NCBI RefSeq assembly: GCF_006345805.1
Contig: NC_043016.1
Coordinates: 1,736,001 to 1,800,000, forward strand
DNA from: Octopus sinensis
Lineage: Eukaryota
DNA length: 64,000 bases
Direction of reading: 5' to 3'
Made by a program: the position numbers and the translations under genes
In this document: positions 14,200-27,399 of the stretch, piece by piece
Position numbering within the stretch: position 1 is the first letter of the stretch
Layout of the letters: every line of letters begins with the position of its first letter
Notes under the pieces: generated by a model
Seen by the model: only the letters and a program-made list of their open reading frames with translations
The model's database searches: none
Told to the model about the DNA's origin: nothing

Positions 14200-14681
14200 T
14201 TACACATGCATATATGGGAACACGATGTCACCAACAGTAAACAACATGAAATACGTAAGTAAATGAGTTCAATACGCAAACAATGATTGACACAATTGGA
14301 AACAAGACAAGTAACACAAAGAACGATCCTTCATCAGTTGTCGAGCGGCTATCTATCCCTCATTTCGAGCATTGAATGACAATGTGAGTCTTGGAAGACA
14401 GTTGCTCCCATAAGTACCAAAATAAAAGTTGGAATTTAAAGACGGTCAATGTTGGGAACAAAAACAGGACAATGGTGACAAACAAGGAAGCGGAACGAAA
14501 ACAAACATGGGGGATCGTTAAACCAGAACGAGGATATAATAGCGAACGCAGGAGAAATATTTCCTTCGGCAACAGAAAATGTAGAAGAGAGAGATAGGAT
14601 ATGTGCTGTCCGTAAGACAGTCATGAAACGGTGAAGTGGAGGAAAAACGGGAATTAGAGAAAGGATGCAAGAAAAAATAAC

Positions 14682-15030
14682 TATTGGTTCATCCCATAAA
14701 TAATGCAGCCTTTTATACTTCTTTTATTTTTCAAAATTACGATAAACAAAGTTATTTTTTAATGCAAAATATACTATCTTTCATTTTCTACAATGCTCTT
14801 CCAACTATCTAGTAGACTTGCAAGGCCTCTCTTCTAAAACTCAGTTGTCTGTGACGAAAAATACTCCTTCAGTACTGTTCTGACCTCGCCTACAGAATTC
14901 ATATTTTTCCGTTCAAATAAGTTTGAAGACTGCGAAATAAATGATAATCAGATGGGGTAATGTCTGGAGAATATGGTGTATGGTGGGTGGAGCATCGTTT
15001 CAATGGGAGTTACATGTAGAAAACACGTAA
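14682..15030 (-). mobile_element. Mariner transposase 3' fragment with one TIR
   Basis: The minus strand reads approximately HPPYTPYSPDITPSDYHLF...KRGLASLLDSWKSIVEN, a mariner HPPYSPDLAPSDYHLF-type C-terminus. TIR-like TATTGGTTCATCCCATAAATAATGC. Confidence 0.8.
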
Positions 15031-15639
15031 GACAACTATTAGTAATATATATATATATGGAACATTAATACTCAAGAGAGATAATAATGTTAGTGGCCGC
15101 AAGCTTAAAACTGTATGGGCAAAATTAATAGATGTATACAAAAATTATATATAACAAATCTAAGTATGTCTACCTGCTGGAAATAACTGTCAAAACTTTT
15201 CTTAAACACCAAAATACACTGATAATAACTACAGAAATGAACCGTCCGAAGGCAAACGCGCTATGACAATCTCCCAACGCACATTCAAGTATTTGGATTC
15301 CCGTGGACCGGTTTCTGCACTGGCAAAAATAGCCTTAGCTTCCTCAGCATGCGTTACCATGATAGAAACTTCCAACCCATCGTGTTGGAGTCTGCGCTGC
15401 AACTGATTCGTTTTGCGCCGAAGGTAGACATACTTAGTAAGTAAACATACTTAGACAGCAGGTAGACATACTTAATATTCCTTTGATTAATTTTAATCCT
15501 TTAGCTATTTAATGCTTTTTAAAAATCTGGGCCCGTAATCGCCTATATTATTGATTCTGTTATTATCATTTTTAAATTGTTACACTAGTTAATAACAGAG
15601 TCAATGGTATCTTCGCAAATTATTTTTCGTGAATTATTT

Positions 15640-16040
15640 TTTCTCGTGAACCCGAGCTGGTCCAGTGATTGTGAACCTTGTAATGGGTTACCTAGAGCTT
15701 AAAATATATCAATCATCACTACAAAAATATGGCACCTCATTTCATTGCTATTTAAAGGATAACTGGAAGAGGTATTTGCATGATTTCTTTATACTTTGGA
15801 AAGATATCATGGACAAACTCCTCGATTTCAAAATAATACTTAACAATATTATAGCAACATACAATTCACCATGGAGCACAGCAGGAAACAATTCCCTTTT
15901 CTTGACATCCTAAATAAAATAGTCAATACCCACATCGAAACAGACATCTTCTATAAACCCACATATTCTAAACAATACCTATTATTCAACTCGTGCCACC
16001 TCAAACACATAAAAATAATTATTGATAAATTTTGGCAAAT
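15640..16040 (+). mobile_element. Penelope-like element (PLE) RT fragment
   Basis: FPFLDIL...IETDIFYKPTYSKQYLLFNSCH matches the PLE RT motif FLD...T.VYRKPT...YL.F.S.HP. Confidence 0.8.
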
Positions 16041-16162
16041 TTTCGAAGAAATGACGGCATTATTTTCAATTGCTTGCGCGTTGGATTTGAAAAGTTATAA
16101 TATATAAGCACGGGGCACAAGCTAGATTTTACCTCGTATTTATATGTTTGATCTTGGCGTAC

Positions 16163-16231
16163 CTGATGATGAAAGCTCCGCCTGGCAAATAATTTAATTT
16201 GCTAATATAGAGCTAGAAACCATGGTTCAGG
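16163..16231 (+). ncRNA. Hammerhead-ribozyme-like motif with extended stem II, 3' of the PLE fragment
   Basis: CUGAUGA..AGCUC...GAGCU.GAAAC CAUG GUU; palindromic stem III ACCAUGGU; stem I pairs poorly. Confidence 0.5.
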
Positions 16232-16685
16232 AGATAGATGGTAAATGTTTTTATTCTTCATTCCCTTCGAAATTTATCCCTAATAGTGGTTTGGATTTTG
16301 GCTATTCTTTCTAGCGTGCTAGGTTTCCTATGATGGTTACTTCTTATGTGTTTAAATGTACACCGTATATACATATATATATATATATATATTAATCGTA
16401 GAAAGTGGAATCTCAGGGTTTTCTGCAAATTTACACAAAGTCCACCTTCAGATTAACCTACAATACGGCTTCTTTGAAATTCAGACGGTTCCAAGGCTTC
16501 TCTTGGAGATGACATGATTAAACAGTCACATATAGAATCTGAAATATAGAAATGTCAACTAATAAAAAATAAACCAATACAAGTTAGAATAAACAAAATC
16601 CGATGTTTTATATCATGTGTGTGTATGTGCGTGTATGTGTGTGTGTATATATATGTATGGGTAGATAGATATTTCCACACACACG

Positions 16686-16723
<38 letters not shown>

Positions 16724-16803
16724 TATGTAAACGTATGTATTCATTTATATATCAATTTATATAACTCATATATACAAGTACACACTCATGTATGTATATG
16801 CAT

Positions 16804-19446
16804 TAGGTTTATCACTTCTTGATTTTTTGGGAAGCAACCAATTTGCTGTATCAAAAGTCAATGAAAATTTTTATATAAGTAGGGAAGTTAAAAAAAATAA
16901 ACATCACCCCAACTGAAGAAATCTAACGCCACTCTTGAACCAGATCATGCAAAATTCTAGCGGGGTTCATAATAACTACTCAAGTTTTTACCAAACTTGG
17001 TGAGCTGACTTAATGCTATGCAGAAGCAGTGTATCTCAAATTTCAGCTTTCAAGTTTAAGTAGTTTGGGAGTTTTAAAGTTTTCAATTTGTTACCACTTA
17101 GGCCCTACATTAGGAAATATCCTCTTCCTCTCCTTTTTATTTATGTGACGCTAAAAACTCTGACCATATTAACTGCCTTTCAGAATAGTAGCCTTGCCCA
17201 ACTAAAGTATCTAAAATAATGCCTCATAAGAGAAGTGCTTGTGTCACACAAAGAAACAAAAATTTGGACGACGAATCTCGTGCAATTCCAAAATTCACAT
17301 AGGAAAAGAAGACCTGTTGCTCTAGAAGATAATTCTTTGGAAAACAACTGCAGGATACCAATGAAACTTCAAATTGTCGGTCGCTCCCTATACCTTGGAG
17401 GTACCACCAAAGGAAGGAAAGAAAGTACAAAGTAAACTTCGAAAGAAGTAACTTTTTTATGGCAAAAGAAATTAAATTTCCCATATTTATCAATTCAAAA
17501 TGTACATGCAAAAGTAGAAAAAGTGCTGAATACCTACGATAAATGTATAAAACGAGTAAAATACGATTCACTGAAAGGAAATTTTGACACCACGAAGGAA
17601 AACAGTGAATGGCTGTGCAGTGAGGATAGAAGGTTATATGATCTTCAAATTGAAAGCAAGGGACAGGTTGGGTATGGAAATGGACAGGCAGCCACTTCCA
17701 AAACTATCCATCCAAAAGAAATGTGTCCTTAATGTCAACTTCAACCAGAGCAACTCCATTGCCATCGTCAACAGCTGAAGCAGAGACTGAAAGATCAGAT
17801 GAAGAATCCACACAAACAAGGAGGAAGTATAGCAAAACTGGAGCAGCAAATAAGTTAGTAATATCTTCCAAGCAATCAACTCAGCAAGAAGCAACAATTT
17901 GTTGACAATTATCTCGACTATCAAAGAAGCTGTTAAACTAAAAGGGAAAATGAAGAAAACATTACATTAGTAAAACTGGTAATTGCATTTTGATGGTAAA
18001 CATATTGATGACCAAGAATACCGAGTGCTAGTTTTAAAGAATGAACAGTAGATGTTAAGGTAGAAGTACTCCAATTACCAAACGGGAAAGCCGATACTGT
18101 TTTGAAAAGAATAACAGCAGTTTTAGATTAATACAATCTGTGTAAAAATGATTGTCGCTGATACTACGGGTGTGAACGCTGGGAAAAGAAATGACATTGT
18201 CATTCTGTCGCAAAGACATTGCTCGAAAGGGTTTGAAAGAACCGTTATTTATTGGTTATCAGTGTCATATCCTTGGTAGAATTCTTCGTGTTGAAATGGA
18301 TAGCGAACTTCGAGAAAAACAGTCATTTCCCAATAATGAATATACATTCATCCCAGATCTTGTAAATAATTACGAGAAACTCCAGGCTAATTTCAACAAT
18401 AGCGAAAAGATTACTGAATTAACAGTATGGCGAGTTTAAATGAAATTTCTATTTCAGTTGATCGGAGTTTTTCATTTCTTTGAAGAAACCGGCAAGTTTC
18501 CCACTGTAAAGTTTCAGAAAATACCCAACTTAAGTAATGCAAGATGACTTCTCGAGCAATACTAGCTCTTTTGTCATACCAGAGAAAAGAGTTTTGCTTC
18601 TCAATGTTTGTCGATCCATCTCTGACAGCTGGGCAGATTTTTGGTTTACTGGCCAAATGTTTAATGCACATGATTATCAGAATTTATGTGGTAGCCTGCA
18701 AGTTCTTAAAAAAAGTATTGAACTCTGTGAAAAACTTTTGGTGTCCAGAACCATCAAAACTGGAAATTCCCAGAACAAATCAGAGTGCAGAACGGGCAAT
18801 CAAGTGGCTTCAAGATCTTTATGATGTTTGTAAAAAGAAGGAGAAACTTCATCTTCAAATTTTTTTTTATCTAACTGAACATATTAATTCTTTGTTATGT
18901 TTAGAACTTTACTAACACTCAGCACCATTTTTCTTATACAGTTATTTAAAATAGGAATTAAACCTATAAAGTTTAAAATATGTATTATTTTAAATTTTGT
19001 ATGTTATCGAATGCTTGTAGTGGCCTCTGTCTTAAAATAGCCTACTTTTGAACATTTGAATAGAGCAATTTCAATTCAGTAATCTTTAAAAATGTATAAA
19101 TACACTTTTATTCCACATCTCTTGCGTTTACAAGGATTTAGGCAGCGGAAATACTGAAGTGTGAATCTAGTGCAACCTAGTAAATGCTCGTAACTCCGAT
19201 ACTACTTCAACTAGAAAGCTGACATTTCAGATATACTATTTCTGCATTGCATTGAGTCAGCATTCCAAGTTTGGTAAAAGCTTGAGTAGGCGTTATGAAT
19301 TCCACAAGAATTTTGCATGATTTGGGTCAAAAGTGGTGATCGATTTCTTAAGTTGGAGTTGACGTTTTATTCTATAAAACAAAATAAACGTTAGTTTCCT
19401 GATTTTTATGATAGGGTTAATAGGTTGTGAAAAAGTCATAACCCTA
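16804..19446 (+). mobile_element. hAT-superfamily DNA transposon (possibly hATm-like) with long imperfect TIRs and a pseudogenised transposase
   Basis: Termini TAGGTTTATCAC / GTCATAACCCTA; flanks ATATGCAT and ATGTGCAT (8-bp TSD, 7/8 match); ~16900-17075 is inverted at ~19195-19370; transposase motifs LHFDGKH, VADTTGVNAGKRN, GYQCHIL (decayed CxxH), SNAR*TSRA and TNQSAERAIK. Confidence 0.85.
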
Positions 19447-20176
19447 ATGTGCATATATATTTATATACAAATGTACGTGATTGTAAGTATATATGTATAT
19501 ATCAATATTTATCTGTGTACGTTATATTGTATATATACATATATACACACAAACATATATACATGTGCACACACACACACACACATTAATTATAATAAGG
19601 TGCGCATGTATTTACATTTAAGCGAACAATCAGAGAGAGAGAGAGAGAGACAGACAGAGACAGACAGACAGCCATACAAACAGACAGAGAGCAGTCAGAA
19701 AGTTTCTGATATTACCTTGTGGTCCTGTATATATTTTAACTGAAAAGAAAGACAGGATGGTCACAGCTGGAACTCATTTGATTATATATTTGCTGGATCG
19801 GATTTAACTCGGGGTTAAACTACAAAAAATATGGCCGCTGTAATATCAAATTCTTGATTATGTACCTTATGGTGCAGTTTTTGATATTTTATATCTGAAT
19901 GCAAGAAGACATGGTGGTCACAGCTGGAACACTGTTGATCCCAAGCCTGCTGGCTCAGAACTCACCTAAGAGTAGAAAACAACAAAAATAAGAACAAAAT
20001 GGCCACATGCTTGGTTATAAGAAGTCGATAAATTGCTATATGTATGGAAAAGCCACATGAAAGCTATTACCATCTGTTGCAAAAATATCCTTTCTACTTA
20101 ACTGAAAGTAAATGCTATCGCACTACTGACTGAAATGCAATGCTATAGCCTTTTATTCGTTTACGTATGTATCTAT

Positions 20177-20210
<34 letters not shown>

Positions 20211-20266
20211 CTTTCCTTTTGTTTAGTTATTCTTTTCCATTTCTTTTTTTCTTTCTTTTTCGATAG

Positions 20267-20370
20267 ACCAACGGCTGGAGTTATAGGGATCATAGGTCGT
20301 GCGTTTCTGTTGAAGATTGCCAGATTTGTCTTGAGAGGTCAAGTCAACGTGCCAGAGGCGTTAGTCAACG
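20267..20370 (+). CDS. Candidate isolated 104-bp exon of an unknown gene
   Basis: Long polypyrimidine tract plus TAG at 20265-66; CG|GTGAAA donor at 20371; GC-richer, apparently unique sequence; two frames open. No homology recognised. Confidence 0.3.
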
Positions 20371-20595
20371 GTGAAAGTATTTGTACATGCACTAAGTATT
20401 AAAACATATCTGGGTAGAGGTGCCAATATGTCCCCTATCAAAATATAATCAACATATTTATTTTTTTAATATCAATGAAAAGGAAATAAATCGATTCTGA
20501 GTAATTATAAGAAGTTGGATGGGATAGGTTCAGATGGAAATACAAGAACACGAATACAAAACAAGGAGCACCGTAAAGATAATTTCTAGAAACAT

Positions 20596-20596
<1 letters not shown>

Positions 20597-20663
<67 letters not shown>

Positions 20664-20664
20664 A

Positions 20665-20704
<40 letters not shown>

Positions 20705-20732
20705 ATCCTATCTATCTATCTATCTATCTATC

Positions 20733-20769
<37 letters not shown>

Positions 20770-20800
20770 ATCTATCTCCTCTCTCTCTATCTATCTATAT
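20597..20800. repeat. (TATC)n microsatellite upstream of the Tx1 tandem
   Basis: Read directly; no Tx1 3' end precedes it. Confidence 0.95.
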
Positions 20801-20810
20801 GTCCATCTTT

Positions 20811-21206
20811 AGAGAGGAAGTCTTTGTCGAACGAATGTTTTAATAAAAAGTGGGTAAAAGTGGCAAAAATGGTCAGTATGAAAGGCGACACTATTTTAAG
20901 CGTAAATCTGTGACCAAAAGAGACAACGAGAGGTAAGGCGACTTACTCATGTGTTCATTTTCGAACTGTCTGAGGTGACCTTGGTCTTTTTTGTAGCTTT
21001 TTCTTTCCAGGGCTACGCCTAAACTGTGAACTTTATTTATATATATATATATTATATTTTTATACACCACACAACCCACAGATCCCTATTGATCGAACCT
21101 TTTTTTTTTCTTTGTATGTCCCACCTATCCCACCTCGAAAAAACTCTACATTGTATTTCGTCCATTTTTATTCTGTGTTTAGCCCTGTGTGGCCACAATA
21201 AAAAGT
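20811..21206 (+). mobile_element. 5'-truncated copy of the Tx1 element at 1-1564
   Basis: Near-identical to ~1166-1564, ending CAATAAAAAGTT followed by (TATG)n(TATC)n. Confidence 0.93.
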
Positions 21207-21513
21207 TATGTATGTATGTATGTATGTATGTATGTATGTATGTATGTATGTATGTATGTATGTATGTATCTATCTATCTATCTATCTATGTATCTATCTA
21301 TCTATCTATCTATCGACGGACGTGTTGTCACCTCGGCTCCGAAGGTAATCGTTTATTTTGACTATTTATAGCCCATATTTTGTGTACATTTTTGTAAATA
21401 AGGTGTGTAAGGCACCCAACTTTCGTTTGAGTGCTTTTCCAAGGGAGGAATCGCCCCTAGGGGCAGTTTCAACCCTATTTAATTTGTGTATATTTTCTTC
21501 TCGACATTAAAAA

Positions 21514-23240
21514 ATGTCGAGAAATGTTATTGTAGAAAGCTGGTCGCGTTCCTTTATGGACCAGCATTTTCCTAGAATTGAAACGCTAGGAGAAAAAAAG
21601 GACTTATACACGCACACACGTTCGAAAAACCTGAATGACATGGTAGTGAACGCTGCAACCACTTGCGGTAACAGCCCTGTCACCACCACCACCACCACCA
21701 CTAACAACAACAACAACGTGACTACTACTGTAAATTTCGCTGCCGCCCTGCGTCAGAAAAAAGAAATAGTAAAATTTACGAATGAAGAGTTAATAGAAAC
21801 GAGAGCATTCTTTACAATCCAAGGGCAGGATTTAGTGCTGCATACACCTCAACACATAAAGGAACAAATAGAAAATAAGACAATTATTTATAAAATTATA
21901 AAAAAAAACAAAAAAAAACAAAATGAACAGATTACAAAAACGGACATAGAAAAGTGTTTAAAAAACATAATGAAAAAAAGAATATATAAACTGGAGTCCC
22001 CAGTTTAATACAGTGCTGGTCCGCTTCCCTAACCAGGAAGTGGCAAAGGCTCACTCTACAGAGTCTTTGGAAAATGATGAAATCATCATGGTACGATATT
22101 ACAAAGGCCAGAGAGTGAGTAGAATCAGTATTAAAAATGTACCCCCTGAGATACCTAACAAATGGATAAAAGGGGCAATCTGTTACCATTTGAAAACGAT
22201 AAACATATTAGAAACCGCCGTGTACAAAAACGACAATTGGGGCGGTAAAACAATAGTAGTGACCATCCAGATTGAGGGGTTCTCTATCGAGAACCTACAT
22301 GATAGAATCCATTTAGAAAATGGGCAAAGCCTATATGTTGTAGCAGAAGGCAAAAAGCCTAGATGCTACAACTGTGGCAGCTCAGAACATTTAAGTGCCA
22401 AGTGCGCTCTGGCACAGAAAAATAAGAAAGAACAAATCAGAAAACAAATAAAAAACCCTTGTTGCCAACACCAACACCAAAACCAACACACTCAATTATG
22501 GAACAATGCCAAGAAAAACAACAAACCAGCAAACAAACCCCAACAACGTCACCAAGAAAAGAAACAGTACCAATACAATCACCGTTAAGGTCGCAACCAA
22601 TTCAACATACTGAACCAGCAAGAGATAAACCAACACCAACACCGAGGACGACAATTAAAAAGACAGAAAACAGTGACAAGAAGACAAATTCTACCTCTAA
22701 CACCACAACAACACAAACACCGCACAAAACATCAACAATTTCTACAAGCATACATATTAACGCAAATGCTTTGCCTTTACCGCCTTCTGATTCGTTGGAC
22801 GACGAAAGTTCGACGGAATGGCAAATAGCCACAGGGGGTAAAAGGAAAATATCAAAAAAGCCCACCAAACAAGGAAGTAAAGGAGGGAGATATTTAACTC
22901 CGGACAGCATCCCCCTAGAAAACCAAAAAATCAATGAACCCGCAAAACCACACATACAACTAACTGCAATAGACACAGACAATAAAAACTTAATGGATTA
23001 TATTGCATCCAACACGGACATCTGTGAAGATGACTTTAAGACAAACAATCATCCGCGCACCACACCACCGAAACATAAGAATTGTACACATAACACAAAC
23101 ACAACACCATACACTCAAAACCAACTTTCCAAATGCGGTAGGCGGGTTTCAACGATACCTCTCCAAAAAACTATACAAACACATCCTCAAAGACACTACA
23201 AAAGAAGAAGAAAAAAATAAAACTTTCGAAATGAGTAAGT
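21514..23240 (+). pseudogene. Tx1 ORF1 (gag-like) with frameshifts and stops
   Basis: Zinc knuckle CYNCGSSEHLSAKC; RRM-like segment RISIKNVPPEIP; low-complexity T/K/P-rich tail. Confidence 0.8.
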
Positions 23241-23308
23241 GACCTTCCCTCTTGCCTCTTGTCTCTTCCAATGTAGTGTGTAAAACACAATTTTCGTAAA
23301 CGTCAATT

Positions 23309-24400
23309 ATGCTTAAATTAGGTTGTGTGAATGCGCGTGGCTTGGCGTCGGCTTGGAAGCAAGGTTACCTTCTAAACGACATCAAGTCACTGAACGTGGC
23401 TATAGTAGCTATCAGTGAAACCAGACTCAGCAAGGCGCGGGCCCTTGCGTCCATGTTTGGCGATCAATTTGACATTTATTTTTCTCTCTGTCTGCCGAAC
23501 ATGGGTGGTGGAGGTACCGCGGTGCTTTTTCGAAAGTCTAAATGTGAAAGTAAGAACAATATTCCTAGACCCGGAGGGTAAGCTGGTTGTCTTGGACGTG
23601 GATGGCAGAAATGCGTGTGCATTCCGGGTCGTGCGGATTTCTTCAGACGTCTAGAGGTTTTCCTGGGTACGTCTAGACCTTTACTGTTAGTAGGGGATTG
23701 GAACGCTACCTTGGTCACGCATCTAGATTATGTGGGAATGGATAGTAATAGAAGGGGGTGTAAGTGCCTCAAAGACCTACTCAGACGTTTCCATTTGTCT
23801 GACAGGTTCCGACTCGACCATCCGAACGTGCCAATGTGGACTTGGACAAACCGTGTCGGATCGTCGAGATCTTATCTAGATAGAATTCTATGCAGGACAG
23901 CGGATAGGGATAGTGTAGGATGTCGACAATTTAAAATAGTCAGCTACACAGATCACAAATTTGTGACGTGTACGCTCGACTTAGATAAGACACATAGATA
24001 GGATCCCGGTTACTGGAAACTGAACACGTCACTCTTAGCGCGACAGGTTTACAGGAACCGGATTAACGAGTTAATTAAGAGGGCGCTGGCGGGATCCGTC
24101 GTTAACAACCGCTGGTGGTTCGCCTTGAAAATGGCAATAAAATCGGAATCAATTAGGTTTAGCAAGGAATTAGCGATAGATCGAAATAGGGTTAAGAAAC
24201 TAGAAGAGGCACTTACCACTGGCAGCGCAACCAACGGGCTGGCTGCGAGGATGGCCCTCGACCAACACCTCAACGCCAAGCACGAAGGTTGCGTCGTGAG
24301 AATTAAAATGCGTGCCTTAAGGAACGAAGGGATCGAAGCTGCGCGAGAGGCCCGGGTAGCGGAAGCGCAGCGTGGCAACAGAGCCACCATTTTTTCAGGC
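23309..24400 (+). pseudogene. Tx1 ORF2 N-terminal APE endonuclease, disrupted
   Basis: CVNARGL, AISETRL, LVGDWNATL, SRSYLDRIL, YTDHKFV and PGYWKLNTSLL. Confidence 0.88.
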
Positions 24401-25160
24401 AAACAATTTTCGACCAGTGGTCTTATGTCGAACGACGACTGTCACGTGTGGGACGAGTCGGTTTATCAGCTGAGTCTATCGTCAATATTGTCACGCCTAC
24501 TTTCTTCAAACGGGAAGGAAGGGCTATTTTCATCATCCTTGTGTCTATGGCGAAAGAGTGTATCTGTTGGACGCGTCTGAAAGGATTGGAGACAAGCACT
24601 TTCCTCTCTGGTCAATCTCTCATCAACTTCTTCAAGTACCACTTGAAAAGGAAAGTGAGAGTAGAGAGGCAAGTTTTGTTTAGCGAATGTTTAAAAAAAA
24701 AGATGAGTGAATGTAGCAAGGATTGCACGTATGAATGACGAAGCCACCTTGAGCATAATCCTATGAACCCAGAAATTGAAAACAGAGGGTGCCCCACATG
24801 CAAACAAATGTGGTAACATGTAACAATATTGACCAAGGTTACCGTGGTCTTTTCCGTAGGGTTTTCTTTCCACGGATAAACCTTATCTGCTTCCCCCTTT
24901 ACACCATACACCATGACAATGTGATACACGATCCCTATTGATCGTTTTTTTTTCTTTTTACCTTTATTCCTTTTTTCTCCTCTCTCCTTTTTACTTTTCT
25001 TTTATTTCTTTTCCCTTTTTCCTTTTTTTTCTTCTTTCCCTTTTACGATCCCTTTTGATCGAAAACCTACCCCACTTTTTTTCCCCCCAAAACGAAAAGC
25101 TCTACTTCGTAATCTATCCCGTCTGTGTGCAGCCCTGTGTGGCTAATAAAGAAACATATG

Positions 25161-25162
<2 letters not shown>

Positions 25163-25209
<47 letters not shown>

Positions 25210-25287
25210 ATCTATCTATCTATCTATCTACCTATCTATCTAACTATCTCTCTCTCTCTCTCTGTATCTATCTATCTGTCTGTCTAT

Positions 25288-25379
<92 letters not shown>

Positions 25380-25520
25380 CTATGTACCTACCTCTCTCTC
25401 TCTATATATATATATATCAATCTATCTATCTATCTTATCTACCTATCTATCTATGAGTCTGTCTGTGTATCTATCTATCTATTTATCCAGAAACTGTTAC
25501 TTTACTCTCTCTCTCTCTAA
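25163..25520. repeat. (CT)n/(TATC)n compound microsatellite
   Basis: Read directly from the sequence. Confidence 0.95.
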
Positions 25521-26411
25521 CTACCTACCTGTCTGTCTGCTCGCTTAAGGAGCTTTCCTCCCTTTTCATTAAATAAGACTATGCATTATTGTGGCTATTA
25601 GTTATTTTGACTCTTATTTCTAGCAATACTGGTGCACTCTCAGTAGCTTTAGTGGCGTATAAATTTTTGCCTTTCGGTTGAAAAATTGTGAGCAAACAAT
25701 CCTTATTATTTATGAGCGTTATACGAATACATCTGTTTGTTGTCGACACCACCTGTCTTCGTCTTTTGTTTTTTTGTGAATTCTCCCAATGTATATGCAT
25801 ATGTATGTACGTATGTATGTATGTATGTATGTATGTATGTATGTATGTGTATGTATGTATGTATGTATGTGTATGTATGTATGTAAATTTTTGTATGCAT
25901 GTATGTATTTACAAATATCTACCTATGAATATTAATCTACATATATGTGTGTTTATGTGGGGGTGCGTATCGGCATGTGAGACAAAAGTGAAGAAAATTT
26001 AAAGGTGAGCATAGCCGAACATCAGTAAATGAAAGTAGTAAAATAACTAAGTGAATGGTCTTGTTGAGAAGAAAACTGAAGACAATGGAGAGTGTTATAA
26101 AAAGGGGAATCATGTATATCTCAATAGAATTAGGCATATTGGTAAATGATTCTTTAACCGATGTGAGCCACAAGTCTGTTAAAGTGATCATCTTTGCTGT
26201 GCATCCGTGTGAAGACGAGAAAATAATATAAGAGATATTCAACTGTCTTGTATAATTCATTAGATTCGGTCTAAATTAAAATACCATTTTATCTCTATAA
26301 AACACTATTATTATATTTAATGTTTTCTTCTAATTCTCATTAATATTCCCCGAGAAGAAGTGTGGGAGGTCATTAGATTGAAGAGTAGGACTGATAAAGT
26401 AGGTAATATGT

Positions 26412-26445
<34 letters not shown>

Positions 26446-26565
26446 ACGTACATATTTCATTCCTTATCACATATATATTTATATGTATGACACTAGCGTG
26501 ATACGTGTATATTATGTGTGGGTGTGTGTGCGTGTATATATATATATATATATAAATTTATATAA

Positions 26566-26599
<34 letters not shown>

Positions 26600-27164
26600 T
26601 TATATAAAGTTATATATTTATTTCGTCATTATATTCACTGCGGTGGTATTTTGACCACGATGAGATTAGGCGGGCAATTTAAACTGGCCGTGTGCAGTTT
26701 AAATGTATGTATACGTTCGTATATGTAACTATATCGAATGTTGTATATACATATATTCGTATTTATTGTGCTATCTGTGTATATTCCACTGATGAAGGCA
26801 AAGCATTTCTTATGCAGAGTCAGAAATCCGGGATCTGGAATTATTCAGTAACTTTTTTGCCAGTTTATTTTGTCTCTTTGTCTTCTCTCCTGGTGCTGTA
26901 TGTACATTTAATGTGGTTTTAGAATCAAGTTTTGGCTGCTATTTCCAGTGTGGTGGTATCTCTTAGATACCCTAAATTATAATTATATATATATATAAGT
27001 ACGTACAATATAGGTACGTACAATATAGACTGAAGATCTACTCATATTCATCTGGTAGGGTTCGTGGTTATATCATCTCATATCATCATTCCATATTGTA
27101 AATCAATGGCTGTGATGCAGTAATAATGAGTTTTACACAGAGAAATATACATAACGATGTGTAA

Positions 27165-27365
27165 ATAATGGTCATTACATATTTTCTGTATTGTAGTAAA
27201 TTCAGCTTACAGCTGTTTCCAGTGTAAACTATAAGTTTGTTATTGATAAGTTTACTCATATCAATAGGCCGATTGAGTAAACCTATCAATGATGAACATA
27301 CAATGATAGTGGAAACAGCTGTAAGTCGAATTTACTACAATAAAGAAAAATATGTAATGGCTATT
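27165..27365. repeat. Short inverted repeat, ~60-bp arms
   Basis: GTAGTAAATTCAGCTTACAGCTGTTTCCA pairs with TGGAAACAGCTGTAAGTCGAATTTACTAC. Confidence 0.7.
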
Positions 27366-27399
27366 CTTTATACCTTACCTTATATCAGTAATACTGCAA

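Larger units (their letters stand above)
21315..25155 (+). mobile_element. Near-full-length Tx1/L1-clade LINE with the RT domain deleted
   Basis: 5' UTR, ORF1, APE endonuclease, then a jump near 24390-24420 to the ORF2 C-terminus (homologous to 941-1267), 3' UTR and AATAAA. TATC-rich repeats on both sides. Confidence 0.9.

Noticed and set aside
25937-26260. 107-aa minus-strand ORF and a plus-strand AAG|GTGAGC donor-like site near 26004
   Set aside because: The ORF ends in microsatellite and no matching acceptor or exon was found.
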